A stretch of DNA of 64,000 nt from an uncultured Pelagibacteraceae bacterium (GTDB lineage: Bacteria > Pseudomonadota > Alphaproteobacteria > Pelagibacterales > Pelagibacteraceae), in NCBI GenBank assembly GCA_902514695.1, contig CABXRR010000002.1, forward strand, positions 1,237 through 65,236, given 5' to 3'. A model generated the notes under the pieces. It saw nothing but the letters and a program-made list of their open reading frames with translations. It made no database searches and was not told where the DNA came from. A program made the translations under genes and the position numbers. Every line of letters starts with the position of its first letter. Position 1 is the stretch's first letter. This document shows positions 46,747-55,189 of the stretch, in pieces.

Positions 46747-47342
46747 GGAACTAACCAAGCATTCTTATTTGTTTCTAAATCAAACTTTGCTCTTCGATGA
46801 CCTTTGGCTGCAAGATAAAGCCATTCAATAGATTTAATTTTACATTTTATAACAGTGAAATTTTTATAACCTTCTTCACTTTGTTCCATTGTATAATCAA
46901 AATCTTCTAATTTAGATATCATTCCAGAAGTTGGATTTTCTGATGCAGTTCCTGGAGGATTATCAGTTAAATAACATCGTCTACTTATATGTTGTGTTTT
47001 TTTCCAGGACTCTTCCGTTGTAGAATTTTGATTATTTACTTCACATTCTACTTTTACTCTTAATTGTATCTTTTCCTCTTTGTCGTAGAAAACCAGAGAG
47101 GCATTCTTATTTTTTTTAACAATATTGACCTTTGGAGATCTTAAATCAGTATGAAATTGTAATAGATTATTTGCTCTATCTGATTTACGTAAAACAACAA
47201 TTCTACCATCCACCTCATCTTGGTGAGCACATATGAAAACAGGAATTCTAAATGGTGAACCTCTGTTAGTCACAGCATCATCTAGCATAGACCAATATTT
47301 ATTTTGAATTTCTTCTAAATTTTCATAGTATGCTGGTTGCAT
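46743..47342 (-). CDS. Pyridoxamine 5'-phosphate oxidase-related FMN-binding protein
   Basis: [27 protein letters not shown]. Confidence 0.8.
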   Translation of the reverse strand: MQPAYYENLEEIQNKYWSMLDDAVTNRGSPFRIPVFICAHQDEVDGRIVVLRKSDRANNLLQFHTDLRSPKVNIVKKNKNASLVFYDKEEKIQLRVKVECEVNNQNSTTEESWKKTQHISRRCYLTDNPPGTASENPTSGMISKLEDFDYTMEQSEEGYKNFTVIKCKIKSIEWLYLAAKGHRRAKFDLETNKNAWLVP

Positions 47343-47345
47343 ACA

Positions 47346-48215
47346 TTACTTTCTAAATCTTTTTATTAAACTTGAAGTATCCCAACGGTTTCCACCTAAA
47401 CCTTGAACTTCTCCATAAAATTTATCTACAAGCTCTGTTACAGGTAATAATGAGCCATTATTTTTAGCTTCATCCATTGCAATCTTTAAATCTTTTCTCA
47501 TCCAGTCAACTGCAAAACCAAAATCAAATTTATCATCAATCATTGTTTTATATCTATTTTCCATTTGCCAAGATTGAGCAGCTCCTTTTGAAATTACCTC
47601 AATAACATCTTCCATATTTAATCCAGCTTTCATTCCAAAATTTATTCCTTCAGACAATCCTTGAACAAGTCCTGCTATACAAATTTGATTAACCATTTTA
47701 GCTAATTGTCCAGAACCAGCTTTACCAAGTAGTTTCATTTTTTTACTGTAACAATCAATTTTATCTTTAGCTTTATCAAAGTCTGCTTGATCTCCACCAA
47801 TCATTACTGTTAGGGCACCATTTTCTGCACCGGCTTGACCGCCAGATACTGGAGCATCTAAAGAACCAAAACCACTTTTTTTTGCATACTCATGAATTTC
47901 TCTTGCAATCGTTGCTGAAGCGGTAGTGTTATCAATATAGATTGCACCTTTTTTAATAGTTTTAAAAGCACCATTGTCACCAAAAGTTACTTCTCTTAAA
48001 TCATTATCATTTCCAACACATGTAAAAACATACTCCGCATCTTTTGCAGCCTCAGCAGGAGTTTCTGCCATTTTACCTTTGTATTCTTTTATCCATTTTT
48101 CTGCTTTTGATTTTGTTCTATTAAAAACAGTTACATTGTGTCCGCCTTTTGATATATAACCAGCCATTGGATAACCCATGACACCAAGACCTATGAAAGC
48201 AACATTACAACTCAT
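47346..48215 (-). CDS. Beta-hydroxyacid dehydrogenase (3-hydroxyisobutyrate dehydrogenase family)
   Basis: FIGLGVMG, DAPVSGG, KMVNQ, KDL. Confidence 0.88.
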   Translation of the reverse strand: MSCNVAFIGLGVMGYPMAGYISKGGHNVTVFNRTKSKAEKWIKEYKGKMAETPAEAAKDAEYVFTCVGNDNDLREVTFGDNGAFKTIKKGAIYIDNTTASATIAREIHEYAKKSGFGSLDAPVSGGQAGAENGALTVMIGGDQADFDKAKDKIDCYSKKMKLLGKAGSGQLAKMVNQICIAGLVQGLSEGINFGMKAGLNMEDVIEVISKGAAQSWQMENRYKTMIDDKFDFGFAVDWMRKDLKIAMDEAKNNGSLLPVTELVDKFYGEVQGLGGNRWDTSSLIKRFRK

Positions 48216-48223
48216 AATTTTTT

Positions 48224-49429
48224 ATGTTTAATAGTTTAAGTTTAAAAGTAATTATATTTGGTTTTATTTTTACATTTTTTTCTAGCTTTGGACAGAGTTT
48301 TTTTTTAGGATTATTTAATTCAAGCATAAGAGAAACACTTTCTATCACTCATGGACAATTTGGCTCAATTTATGCCTCAGCAACATTACTAAGTAGTTTT
48401 CTTTTAATTTGGGTTGGAAAAAAAATTGATGATATAAATATCTTTAAATTTGCTTTTTATATAACTTTACTTTTATCTTTCTCTTGTTTTTTCTTTTCAA
48501 AGATTTCATCTATAGCTTTTTTATTTATCGCTGTTTTTTTAATGAGATTTTCTGGTCAAGGATTAATGTCTCACACAGCAACAACAACTATTGCAAGATA
48601 TTTTACTAAATCTCGAGGCAGAGCACTTAGTATTGGTTGGTTTGGTCTTTCATCAGCAGAGTTTATTTTACCTGTTTTTATTGTTTATTTACTCTCTATC
48701 ACTGCTTGGCAAAATATTTGGATATCTATTTCTATTTTAGCTCTAATTTTTTTACCATTAGCATCGTTCTTTTTAATTAATAAATTAGATTTTGATACAA
48801 GAGAACAAGCAGATAATGATTTTGATGTAAAAGAAATCAAACAATGGAAAAGAATTGAAGTTTTAAAAGATTATAGATTTTATATAGTTTGTTTAAATAT
48901 GTTAGCAATGCCATGGATTGCAACTGGTGTATTTGTTTATCAATCTTTTATTACTGAAGCTAAAGAATGGGGTTCTTTTGTCATTGCTCAATCATTTATG
49001 GTTTATTCAATATTATCTGTTGTAACTCTACTAGGATCTGGTTTTTTAATTGATAAATTTACCAGTAGAAAACTTTTAATTTTTATGAATATACCCTTGT
49101 TGTTTTCTACATTAGTTTTATTTTACTTTGATAATCCAATTACCTCTTTTATTTTTCTTGGCTTAATTGGTATTTCTAACGGTTTAGCTAATGTTTTAGG
49201 TTCATCTACATGGGCTGAAATTTATGGAGTAAAATTCATTGGATCTATTAAAGCTTTAACTACTGCTTTAATGGTTTTTTCTACTGCTTTTGGAACAGCT
49301 TTATTTGGTTTTTTGATAGATAGAGGTTTTTCTATTGAGCAAATTGCTATGGTATCATTTATTTATATTTCTATCTCTTTAATCTTGTTATTTTTTGTTA
49401 GAAATAAGCTTAATCCACAATATATTTAA
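48224..49429 (+). CDS. MFS transporter
   Basis: About 12 hydrophobic segments; GKKIDD and GFLIDKF loop motifs. Confidence 0.85.
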   Translation: MFNSLSLKVIIFGFIFTFFSSFGQSFFLGLFNSSIRETLSITHGQFGSIYASATLLSSFLLIWVGKKIDDINIFKFAFYITLLLSFSCFFFSKISSIAFLFIAVFLMRFSGQGLMSHTATTTIARYFTKSRGRALSIGWFGLSSAEFILPVFIVYLLSITAWQNIWISISILALIFLPLASFFLINKLDFDTREQADNDFDVKEIKQWKRIEVLKDYRFYIVCLNMLAMPWIATGVFVYQSFITEAKEWGSFVIAQSFMVYSILSVVTLLGSGFLIDKFTSRKLLIFMNIPLLFSTLVLFYFDNPITSFIFLGLIGISNGLANVLGSSTWAEIYGVKFIGSIKALTTALMVFSTAFGTALFGFLIDRGFSIEQIAMVSFIYISISLILLFFVRNKLNPQYI

Positions 49430-49473
49430 AAAATCTCCTTGATTTTTTTCAACTCACTGTATAGATACTGCCC

Positions 49474-50010
49474 ATGGCAAGAGTTACAGTAGAAGATTGT
49501 GTCGATAAAGTAGATAGCCCCTACGAACTAGTCCTTGTTGCTAAAGAAAGAGCAACTCAACTTAATTCAGGAATTGAACCAACATTAGATAGAGATAATG
49601 ATAAGAACACTGTTATTGCTCTTAGAGAAATTGCTGAAGAAAATATTAAAGTATCAGATTTGACAGAAAGTGCTGTTTACAAACTAAGAAAACATGTTGA
49701 ACAAGTCGATGATGGTGCTGAAGCAGATGAAGATGTAGGTGATGATTTTGAGAGTTTATACAAAGGTGAGATTTCAAAAAGTGGTACTCCTATTTTACCA
49801 TCTAAAAGAGCTCGTAAAGCTCCAGAAAAAATTCAAGTTTCTAAAGAGGATCTAGCAGAACTTTCTCAGACAGCCCAACCTGATGTTGATACATCAAGTG
49901 AAGATACAGAATCAGATCAAGGTGATGATCTTTCATTAGAAGAAGTTTCTGAAAGTGAAAATCAAGAATTAGATAATAACACAGAAGATTCAGAGTCTTC
50001 AAACTCATAA
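49474..50010 (+). CDS. rpoZ: RNA polymerase omega subunit with long acidic C-terminal tail
   Basis: [29 protein letters not shown]. Confidence 0.93.
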   Translation: MARVTVEDCVDKVDSPYELVLVAKERATQLNSGIEPTLDRDNDKNTVIALREIAEENIKVSDLTESAVYKLRKHVEQVDDGAEADEDVGDDFESLYKGEISKSGTPILPSKRARKAPEKIQVSKEDLAELSQTAQPDVDTSSEDTESDQGDDLSLEEVSESENQELDNNTEDSESSNS

Positions 50011-50032
50011 AAAAATAATATAAAGTTAGATC

Positions 50033-51025
50033 ATGAACAGGAAAGTATCAGTTGCTCCTATGATGGACTGTACAGATCGTCATGAGCGTTTCTTTCTCAG
50101 ATTGATTAGTAAAAATACTCTTTTATATACAGAAATGATTGTAGACGAAGCAATCAATAGAGGAGATAAAAAAAAATTATTAGAATTTAATATAAATGAG
50201 AAACCTGTAGCTCTTCAATTGGGAGGGTCATCTCCGAAACTTTTGGCTAACGCGACTAAGATTGGAGAAGATTTTGGTTATGATGAAATTAATTTAAATT
50301 TAGGTTGTCCAAGTAAAAAAGTAGAAAAAAATAAATTTGGAGCATGTTTGATGAAAGAGCCAAATTTAGTAGCAGACTGTTTGAGTAAAATGCAAGCAAT
50401 AACAAAATTACCTGTAACTATTAAGACAAGAATTGGCTATGACGATGTAGAAGATTATGAAAATCTATTTAATTTTATTTCAACTTTAAAACAAACTGGA
50501 ATAAAAACATTTATTATCCATGCAAGAAAAGCAATGCTTGGTAAATTTACACCAAAACAAAATTTGAATATTCCTCCACTCAAATACGAATATGTTTATA
50601 ATCTTAAAAAAGATTTTCCTAATGATGAAATCATTATTAATGGAGGAATTACCTCGGTTGAAGAAGTAAGATTACAGCTTAAAAAAACTGATGGAGTCAT
50701 GATCGGTAGAGCTGCATATCATACACCTTATCTATTAGCTGAAATAGAAAAAGAAATTTTTGGTAACAACAATATTCCAAGCAGACAAGATATAATTGAA
50801 AATTTAATTCCATATATCAAAGATGAAATTAAAAAAGGTACACGGCTTAATCAAATTATGAGACATACCTTGGGTTTATTTCATGGCCAAAATGGAGCAA
50901 GTTATTGGAAAAAATATTTAAGTGAAAACATGTGTGTTCGTGATGCAGATATTAAGAAAATAGATCATATAATGGATAAGTTAAAATTTAATAATATTGA
51001 TAAAAGTGTAGGCCAATCTGCTTAA
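50033..51025 (+). CDS. dusA: tRNA dihydrouridine synthase A
   Basis: APMMDCTDRH, LQLGGS, NLNLGCPS, HARKA, NGGI, GRAAY. Confidence 0.92.
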   Translation: MNRKVSVAPMMDCTDRHERFFLRLISKNTLLYTEMIVDEAINRGDKKKLLEFNINEKPVALQLGGSSPKLLANATKIGEDFGYDEINLNLGCPSKKVEKNKFGACLMKEPNLVADCLSKMQAITKLPVTIKTRIGYDDVEDYENLFNFISTLKQTGIKTFIIHARKAMLGKFTPKQNLNIPPLKYEYVYNLKKDFPNDEIIINGGITSVEEVRLQLKKTDGVMIGRAAYHTPYLLAEIEKEIFGNNNIPSRQDIIENLIPYIKDEIKKGTRLNQIMRHTLGLFHGQNGASYWKKYLSENMCVRDADIKKIDHIMDKLKFNNIDKSVGQSA

Positions 51026-51059
51026 TACTATTTTAACAAATGAGTATAGTTATTTTATT

Positions 51060-51851
51060 TTGTTGATGGCATTAACAGCAATTCCAGTTGGATTTGTTGC
51101 AGGTTTGTTTGGTATTGGCGGCGGATTGATTACTGTTCCTTTTCTTTATTACATTTTTAATTCATTGGGTATTGATCAGCAATATCTAATGCATCTGGCT
51201 GTTGGAACTTCATTTGCTATAATCATACCTACTTCAATAGTTTCAGTTTTAACTCATCACAAATTTAATGCTGTAGATTTTGATATCGTAAAAAGTTATG
51301 GAATTTATGTCATATCAGGTGTGATTATAGGAACAATTTTTGCTGCATCATTAAAAACTAAATCACTTATTTTATTTTTTTCGATAGTGATATTTTTTTT
51401 GGGTATTTATCTGTTATTGCTCAAAGAAAAAGAAGTATCTGCAATAATCAAGATTAAATTACATTTAAAAATCATTTTAGGATTTTTAGCTGGTTTTATT
51501 TCGGCACCAATGGGAATAGGTGGAGCTATTATGAATGTGCCGATTTTAAAGTTTTTTGGTTATTCAATTAACAAGGCTATTGGAAGTGCTGCAGCGATAG
51601 GTTTTTTGATAGCTTTATTTGGAGCAGTAGGTTTTTTAATTACAGGTAGTTATCTCAAGACTAATTTACCCTTAAGTATTGGGTTCTTAAATATTCCAGC
51701 ATTCCTGATATTTATACCTATAACAACTCTTATGGCTAGATTAGGCGCAAGAACAGTTCACAAAATTAATAAAAACAAGATAAGTAAATATTTTGGGGCA
51801 TTTTTATTAATAATTGCCACTAAATTTTTATTAGAATATATAAAACTTTAA
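51060..51851 (+). CDS. TauE/SafE family membrane protein (possible sulfite exporter)
   Basis: GLFGIGGG..VP, AVGTS, GIGGA; start uncertain (frame is open back to ~51012). Confidence 0.85.
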   Translation: MLMALTAIPVGFVAGLFGIGGGLITVPFLYYIFNSLGIDQQYLMHLAVGTSFAIIIPTSIVSVLTHHKFNAVDFDIVKSYGIYVISGVIIGTIFAASLKTKSLILFFSIVIFFLGIYLLLLKEKEVSAIIKIKLHLKIILGFLAGFISAPMGIGGAIMNVPILKFFGYSINKAIGSAAAIGFLIALFGAVGFLITGSYLKTNLPLSIGFLNIPAFLIFIPITTLMARLGARTVHKINKNKISKYFGAFLLIIATKFLLEYIKL

Positions 51852-51922
51852 GGGAAGGACAGGGTGGCTTCAGTCTCCCTCTACCACCCATGAAGATAGT
51901 CTAAGCGATTCTCTATTTTTTT
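51851..51922. ncRNA. Candidate structured small RNA between convergent genes
   Basis: 24 of 40 bases are G/C over 51851-51890 in an AT-rich genome; GGGTGG/CCACCC stem with a CU-rich loop and additional pairings; family not recognised. Confidence 0.45.
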
Positions 51923-51957
51923 AAAAACTCGTAATAATTGAAAATTGTTATTATTAA

Positions 51958-52257
51958 TTATGGTAAGGGTTCTGGCTCAATAACATCTGATATTTCAACG
52001 TTATCAACAACATAAGATAAAAGAATTACAGGGTCCTTGTTGATAAGATTTGTATTCAATGTTTTTGTCTCAGGTTTTAAAAATAATTCGCTTTGTTTTA
52101 CTTCATCAAGAATTTTACCGGTACTATAAGACAACGAAGCTTGATAAACACTTCCTGTTTTAGCACCTGTGAATATAGGACCTAAAAATGCTGTACCTGG
52201 AGCCGAGCAGTTTGAAAGTAAAAACAATAAAAATAAATAAAAAATTTTTTTAAACAT
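51958..52257 (-). CDS. Hypothetical lipoprotein
   Basis: MFKKIFYLFLLFLLSNC lipobox if started at the ATG at 52257 (ORF track starts at 52278). Confidence 0.7.
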   Translation of the reverse strand: MFKKIFYLFLLFLLSNCSAPGTAFLGPIFTGAKTGSVYQASLSYSTGKILDEVKQSELFLKPETKTLNTNLINKDPVILLSYVVDNVEISDVIEPEPLP

Positions 52258-52442
52258 ACTAATAAAGAGCTGATACACGATTCTGTTAAAATTGATCTAA
52301 AAAAAATTTAAAATATTAAACAATAATTACACGTAAAAAGTGTATTTTTTTTAAGAATGAAATATTACCAGTTAATTGCAATTGATAATGGATTTTTAAA
52401 ACTCAATATAAACACTAGTTATATTTTGATATTATCTTTAAA

Positions 52443-53576
52443 TTGTTAAAGTTAAACATGAGCCCAAAAAAATTAGAAAGAAAAAAGAACTCGGGTCTTA
52501 CGGATATTTCATCTCTAATACAGAAAAATTTTACCAAAATTAAACCCTCAAAAATTATTGGAGATACAAAAAATAAATTAGAAAATTATTACAGTAAACT
52601 TAAAAAAGAAAGAGAAAAAGAAAAAATAAGATTAGAGAAAAAAAGAAAATTAGATGAAAAAAGAGAGTTAGCTAATCAAAAGAAACAAGCTCAAAAAGAA
52701 AAATTAGATAAGATTAAAGAAGAAAAACGTCAAATTATAATTCAACAAAAATTAATCATCGAAAATGAAAAACAAGTAAGAAAAAATGAGGAGAAGAGGA
52801 AAAAGATTGAAGAAAAAAGACTAAAAATTGAGCAACAAAAAATAAAAGATGAAAAAGCTCAAAAATTAAGAGAAGATGCTCAAAGACTTAAAGATGAGGA
52901 TTTACGATTAAAATTACTTGAAAGACAAAGAATTCGTGAAGCAAAATTAAAAGAAAAAGAGGAAGCTTTAAAGGCAAAAGCGATAGAGGCACAAAAAATT
53001 AGAGATGAAAGAGAAATAGAGAGACAGGAACAGAATAGATTAAAAGAAATTGAGAGACAAAAAAGATTAGATGAAGAACAAAAAATTAGAGAGGCAGCAA
53101 GAAAATTAAAATATGAGGAAGAAAAACTCAGAGAAACTGAAAATAGATTGAAACAATTAGAGGCTGATAGACAACAAGAATTAGCTCGTCAATTACTTAA
53201 AGAACAAGCTGAGCAAAGAGCTAAAGAAGAAGAGCTAAGACTTAAAGAGGAAAAAATTAAGGCAGCTGAAAAAGAAAGACTTTTAAAAGAAAAAGAAAGA
53301 ATTGAAAGAGAAGAAGAAATTAAAAGAGAAGAAGAGAAACAAAAAAGAATTGAGGAAGAAAAAGCAATAGCTCTAAAACAAAAAGCTGAAGAAGAAGACA
53401 GGATTAGAGAGGAGAATAGAAGAATTAAAGAATGGGAAGATAAATTTGATCAGGAACAAAAAATTAAAGAAGAGGCATTAATTCAAAAGTTCTATAGTGA
53501 TCATTCCACAAATAATAATACTAATGAGATTAATGAAAACAATAGTCCTGAAGAGGACTCAAATAATGATAAATAA
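52443..53576 (+). CDS. Long charged (E/K/R/Q) coiled-coil protein
   Basis: About 290 aa of continuous charged helix, no TM segment or enzyme motif; ATG at 52458 is the likely start. Confidence 0.75.
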   Translation: MLKLNMSPKKLERKKNSGLTDISSLIQKNFTKIKPSKIIGDTKNKLENYYSKLKKEREKEKIRLEKKRKLDEKRELANQKKQAQKEKLDKIKEEKRQIIIQQKLIIENEKQVRKNEEKRKKIEEKRLKIEQQKIKDEKAQKLREDAQRLKDEDLRLKLLERQRIREAKLKEKEEALKAKAIEAQKIRDEREIERQEQNRLKEIERQKRLDEEQKIREAARKLKYEEEKLRETENRLKQLEADRQQELARQLLKEQAEQRAKEEELRLKEEKIKAAEKERLLKEKERIEREEEIKREEEKQKRIEEEKAIALKQKAEEEDRIREENRRIKEWEDKFDQEQKIKEEALIQKFYSDHSTNNNTNEINENNSPEEDSNNDK

Positions 53577-55031
53577 TTAAATTTTTTGATCGTATTTTCC
53601 AATCTTTCCAGTCTTTTGAAGTATTTCGTCTATAAATCTAAATATTTTTATTTTTCTTTCATTTGAAGTTGGACTCTCAGTTACAATAACCAAAGATGGT
53701 TTGTTTGATGAGGCTCTTATTAACCCCCATGAACCGTCATCAAAAGAAAATCTTATTCCATTAACAGTTAAAATTTCTTTAATTTCTTGATTGTCTATTT
53801 TTAATTTCTCATTTTTAATTTTTTTTATCTCATTAACTAAGTTTTCAACGACTTGATATTTTTCCTCATCCTTGCAGTAAGGTGCCATTGTAGGTGATTG
53901 AAAAGTTTGAGGAAGATCGTTTATTATATCGCTCATTCCTTTTTTTTGATTGTTTAGCAAATGACACACTTGTATTGCTGAGTTAATACCATCATCATAA
54001 CCATAACCTAATGGATCATTAAAAAAAAAGTGTCCACTTTTTTCAAATCCAGCTAACGCATTTTCATTATGAACTTTTCTTTTTATATGTGAGTGTCCAG
54101 TTTTCCAATAAATAGTTTCACACTTGTTTTTATTAAGTATTTTGTCATTAGCATAAAGTCCTGTTGACTTTACATCTACAATAAATTTAGAGTTTTTATA
54201 GTTTTCTGACAAATTTCTAGCAATTAATAAACCAATCTTATCAGAATATATTTCGTTACCTTTATCATCAATTACTCCTACTCTATCACCATCTCCATCG
54301 AATCCGAATCCAATATCAGCTTTATTTTTCTTTACTACTTTTGCGATTGCATAAAGCATTTCTAAATCTTCTGGATTTGGATTATACTTTGGAAAAGTCC
54401 AATCTAAATTACAATCTAATTCAATTACCTCGCAACCAATAGCCCTTAAAATTTCAGGTGCAAAAATTCCAGCTGTACCATTTCCACAAGCAACGACTGC
54501 CTTTATTTTTTTTTTAATTTTATTCTTATCTATTAGATTTTTTTTATAAATTTCTTTAAAATTTTTAATTTCTTTTTCATTCCCATTACCACTTATAAAT
54601 TTTTGATCTAAAGTTATTCTTTTTAATTCTGCCATTTCCTCTGGTGCATGAGTTAAACCTTTTTTGATACCCATTTTGACACCTGTCCATCCATTTTCAT
54701 TATGACTAGCTGTTACCATTGCAACTGCATCTGCGTTTAAATTAAATTGTGCAAAATAAACCATGGGTGATAAAGACAAACCTATATCCTCCACAAAACA
54801 TCCTGTTGAAACTAAACCTTTTTTTAATGCAGTTTTTATTTCTTCACTATACGATCTGTAATCATGTCCCACTATTACTCTTGGATTATTTATTTCTGTA
54901 CGCTTGATAATTTGTGTACCTAAACCTTTTCCTAAATTTGTGATTCCCTCAGCATTAATATCTTTCTCATAAAGCCATCGTGCGTCATATTCTCTAAAGC
55001 CATATGGATCTATTTTTAATGATTGATTCAT
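53577..55031 (-). CDS. Phosphomannomutase/phosphoglucomutase (AlgC/ExoC-like)
   Basis: FREYDAR, TASHN, FDGDGDR, EKSGH, RASSN. Confidence 0.92.
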   Translation of the reverse strand: MNQSLKIDPYGFREYDARWLYEKDINAEGITNLGKGLGTQIIKRTEINNPRVIVGHDYRSYSEEIKTALKKGLVSTGCFVEDIGLSLSPMVYFAQFNLNADAVAMVTASHNENGWTGVKMGIKKGLTHAPEEMAELKRITLDQKFISGNGNEKEIKNFKEIYKKNLIDKNKIKKKIKAVVACGNGTAGIFAPEILRAIGCEVIELDCNLDWTFPKYNPNPEDLEMLYAIAKVVKKNKADIGFGFDGDGDRVGVIDDKGNEIYSDKIGLLIARNLSENYKNSKFIVDVKSTGLYANDKILNKNKCETIYWKTGHSHIKRKVHNENALAGFEKSGHFFFNDPLGYGYDDGINSAIQVCHLLNNQKKGMSDIINDLPQTFQSPTMAPYCKDEEKYQVVENLVNEIKKIKNEKLKIDNQEIKEILTVNGIRFSFDDGSWGLIRASSNKPSLVIVTESPTSNERKIKIFRFIDEILQKTGKIGKYDQKI

Positions 55032-55084
55032 GCTGTTAATTACTTACCTTTTTTTTAATTTTATAGTTGAATTATTTTAGTAGT

Positions 55085-55099
55085 GTTCTATAAATGTTC
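55085..55099. promoter_or_regulatory. Alphaproteobacterial LexA (SOS) box
   Basis: Perfect GTTC-N7-GTTC (GTTCtataaatGTTC) immediately upstream of a TTGATT -35-like element of nrdA. Confidence 0.65.
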
Positions 55100-55110
55100 T
55101 ATTGATTTAC

Positions 55111-55156
55111 TGTTTATATAGTATATTAATATTGAGCGCATACAACATATAGTTGT
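55111..55156. promoter_or_regulatory. Tandem NrdR boxes
   Basis: ACAACATATAGTTGT at 55142-55156 (strong match) and TGTTTATATAGTATA at 55111-55125 (weak match), 31 bp apart as typical for NrdR pairs. Confidence 0.7.
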
Positions 55157-55189
55157 TTTCGTAAAAATAACAAAATATAATACTAAATT

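Noticed and set aside
51040-51066. Out-of-frame ATG upstream of the tauE-like gene suggesting a frameshift
   Set aside because: The main frame is open upstream with plausible residues, so an alternative start explains it without invoking a frameshift.
51808-51891. Short minus-strand ORF MGGRGRLKPPCPSLKVLY... through the GC-rich element
   Set aside because: No RBS, overlaps the tauE-like 3' end, and is better explained as a by-product of the structured sequence; not fully excluded without ribosome profiling.
52328-52383. Short palindromes TACAC-N7-GTGTA and AATTGCAATT
   Set aside because: Too short to distinguish from chance in AT-rich intergenic DNA.
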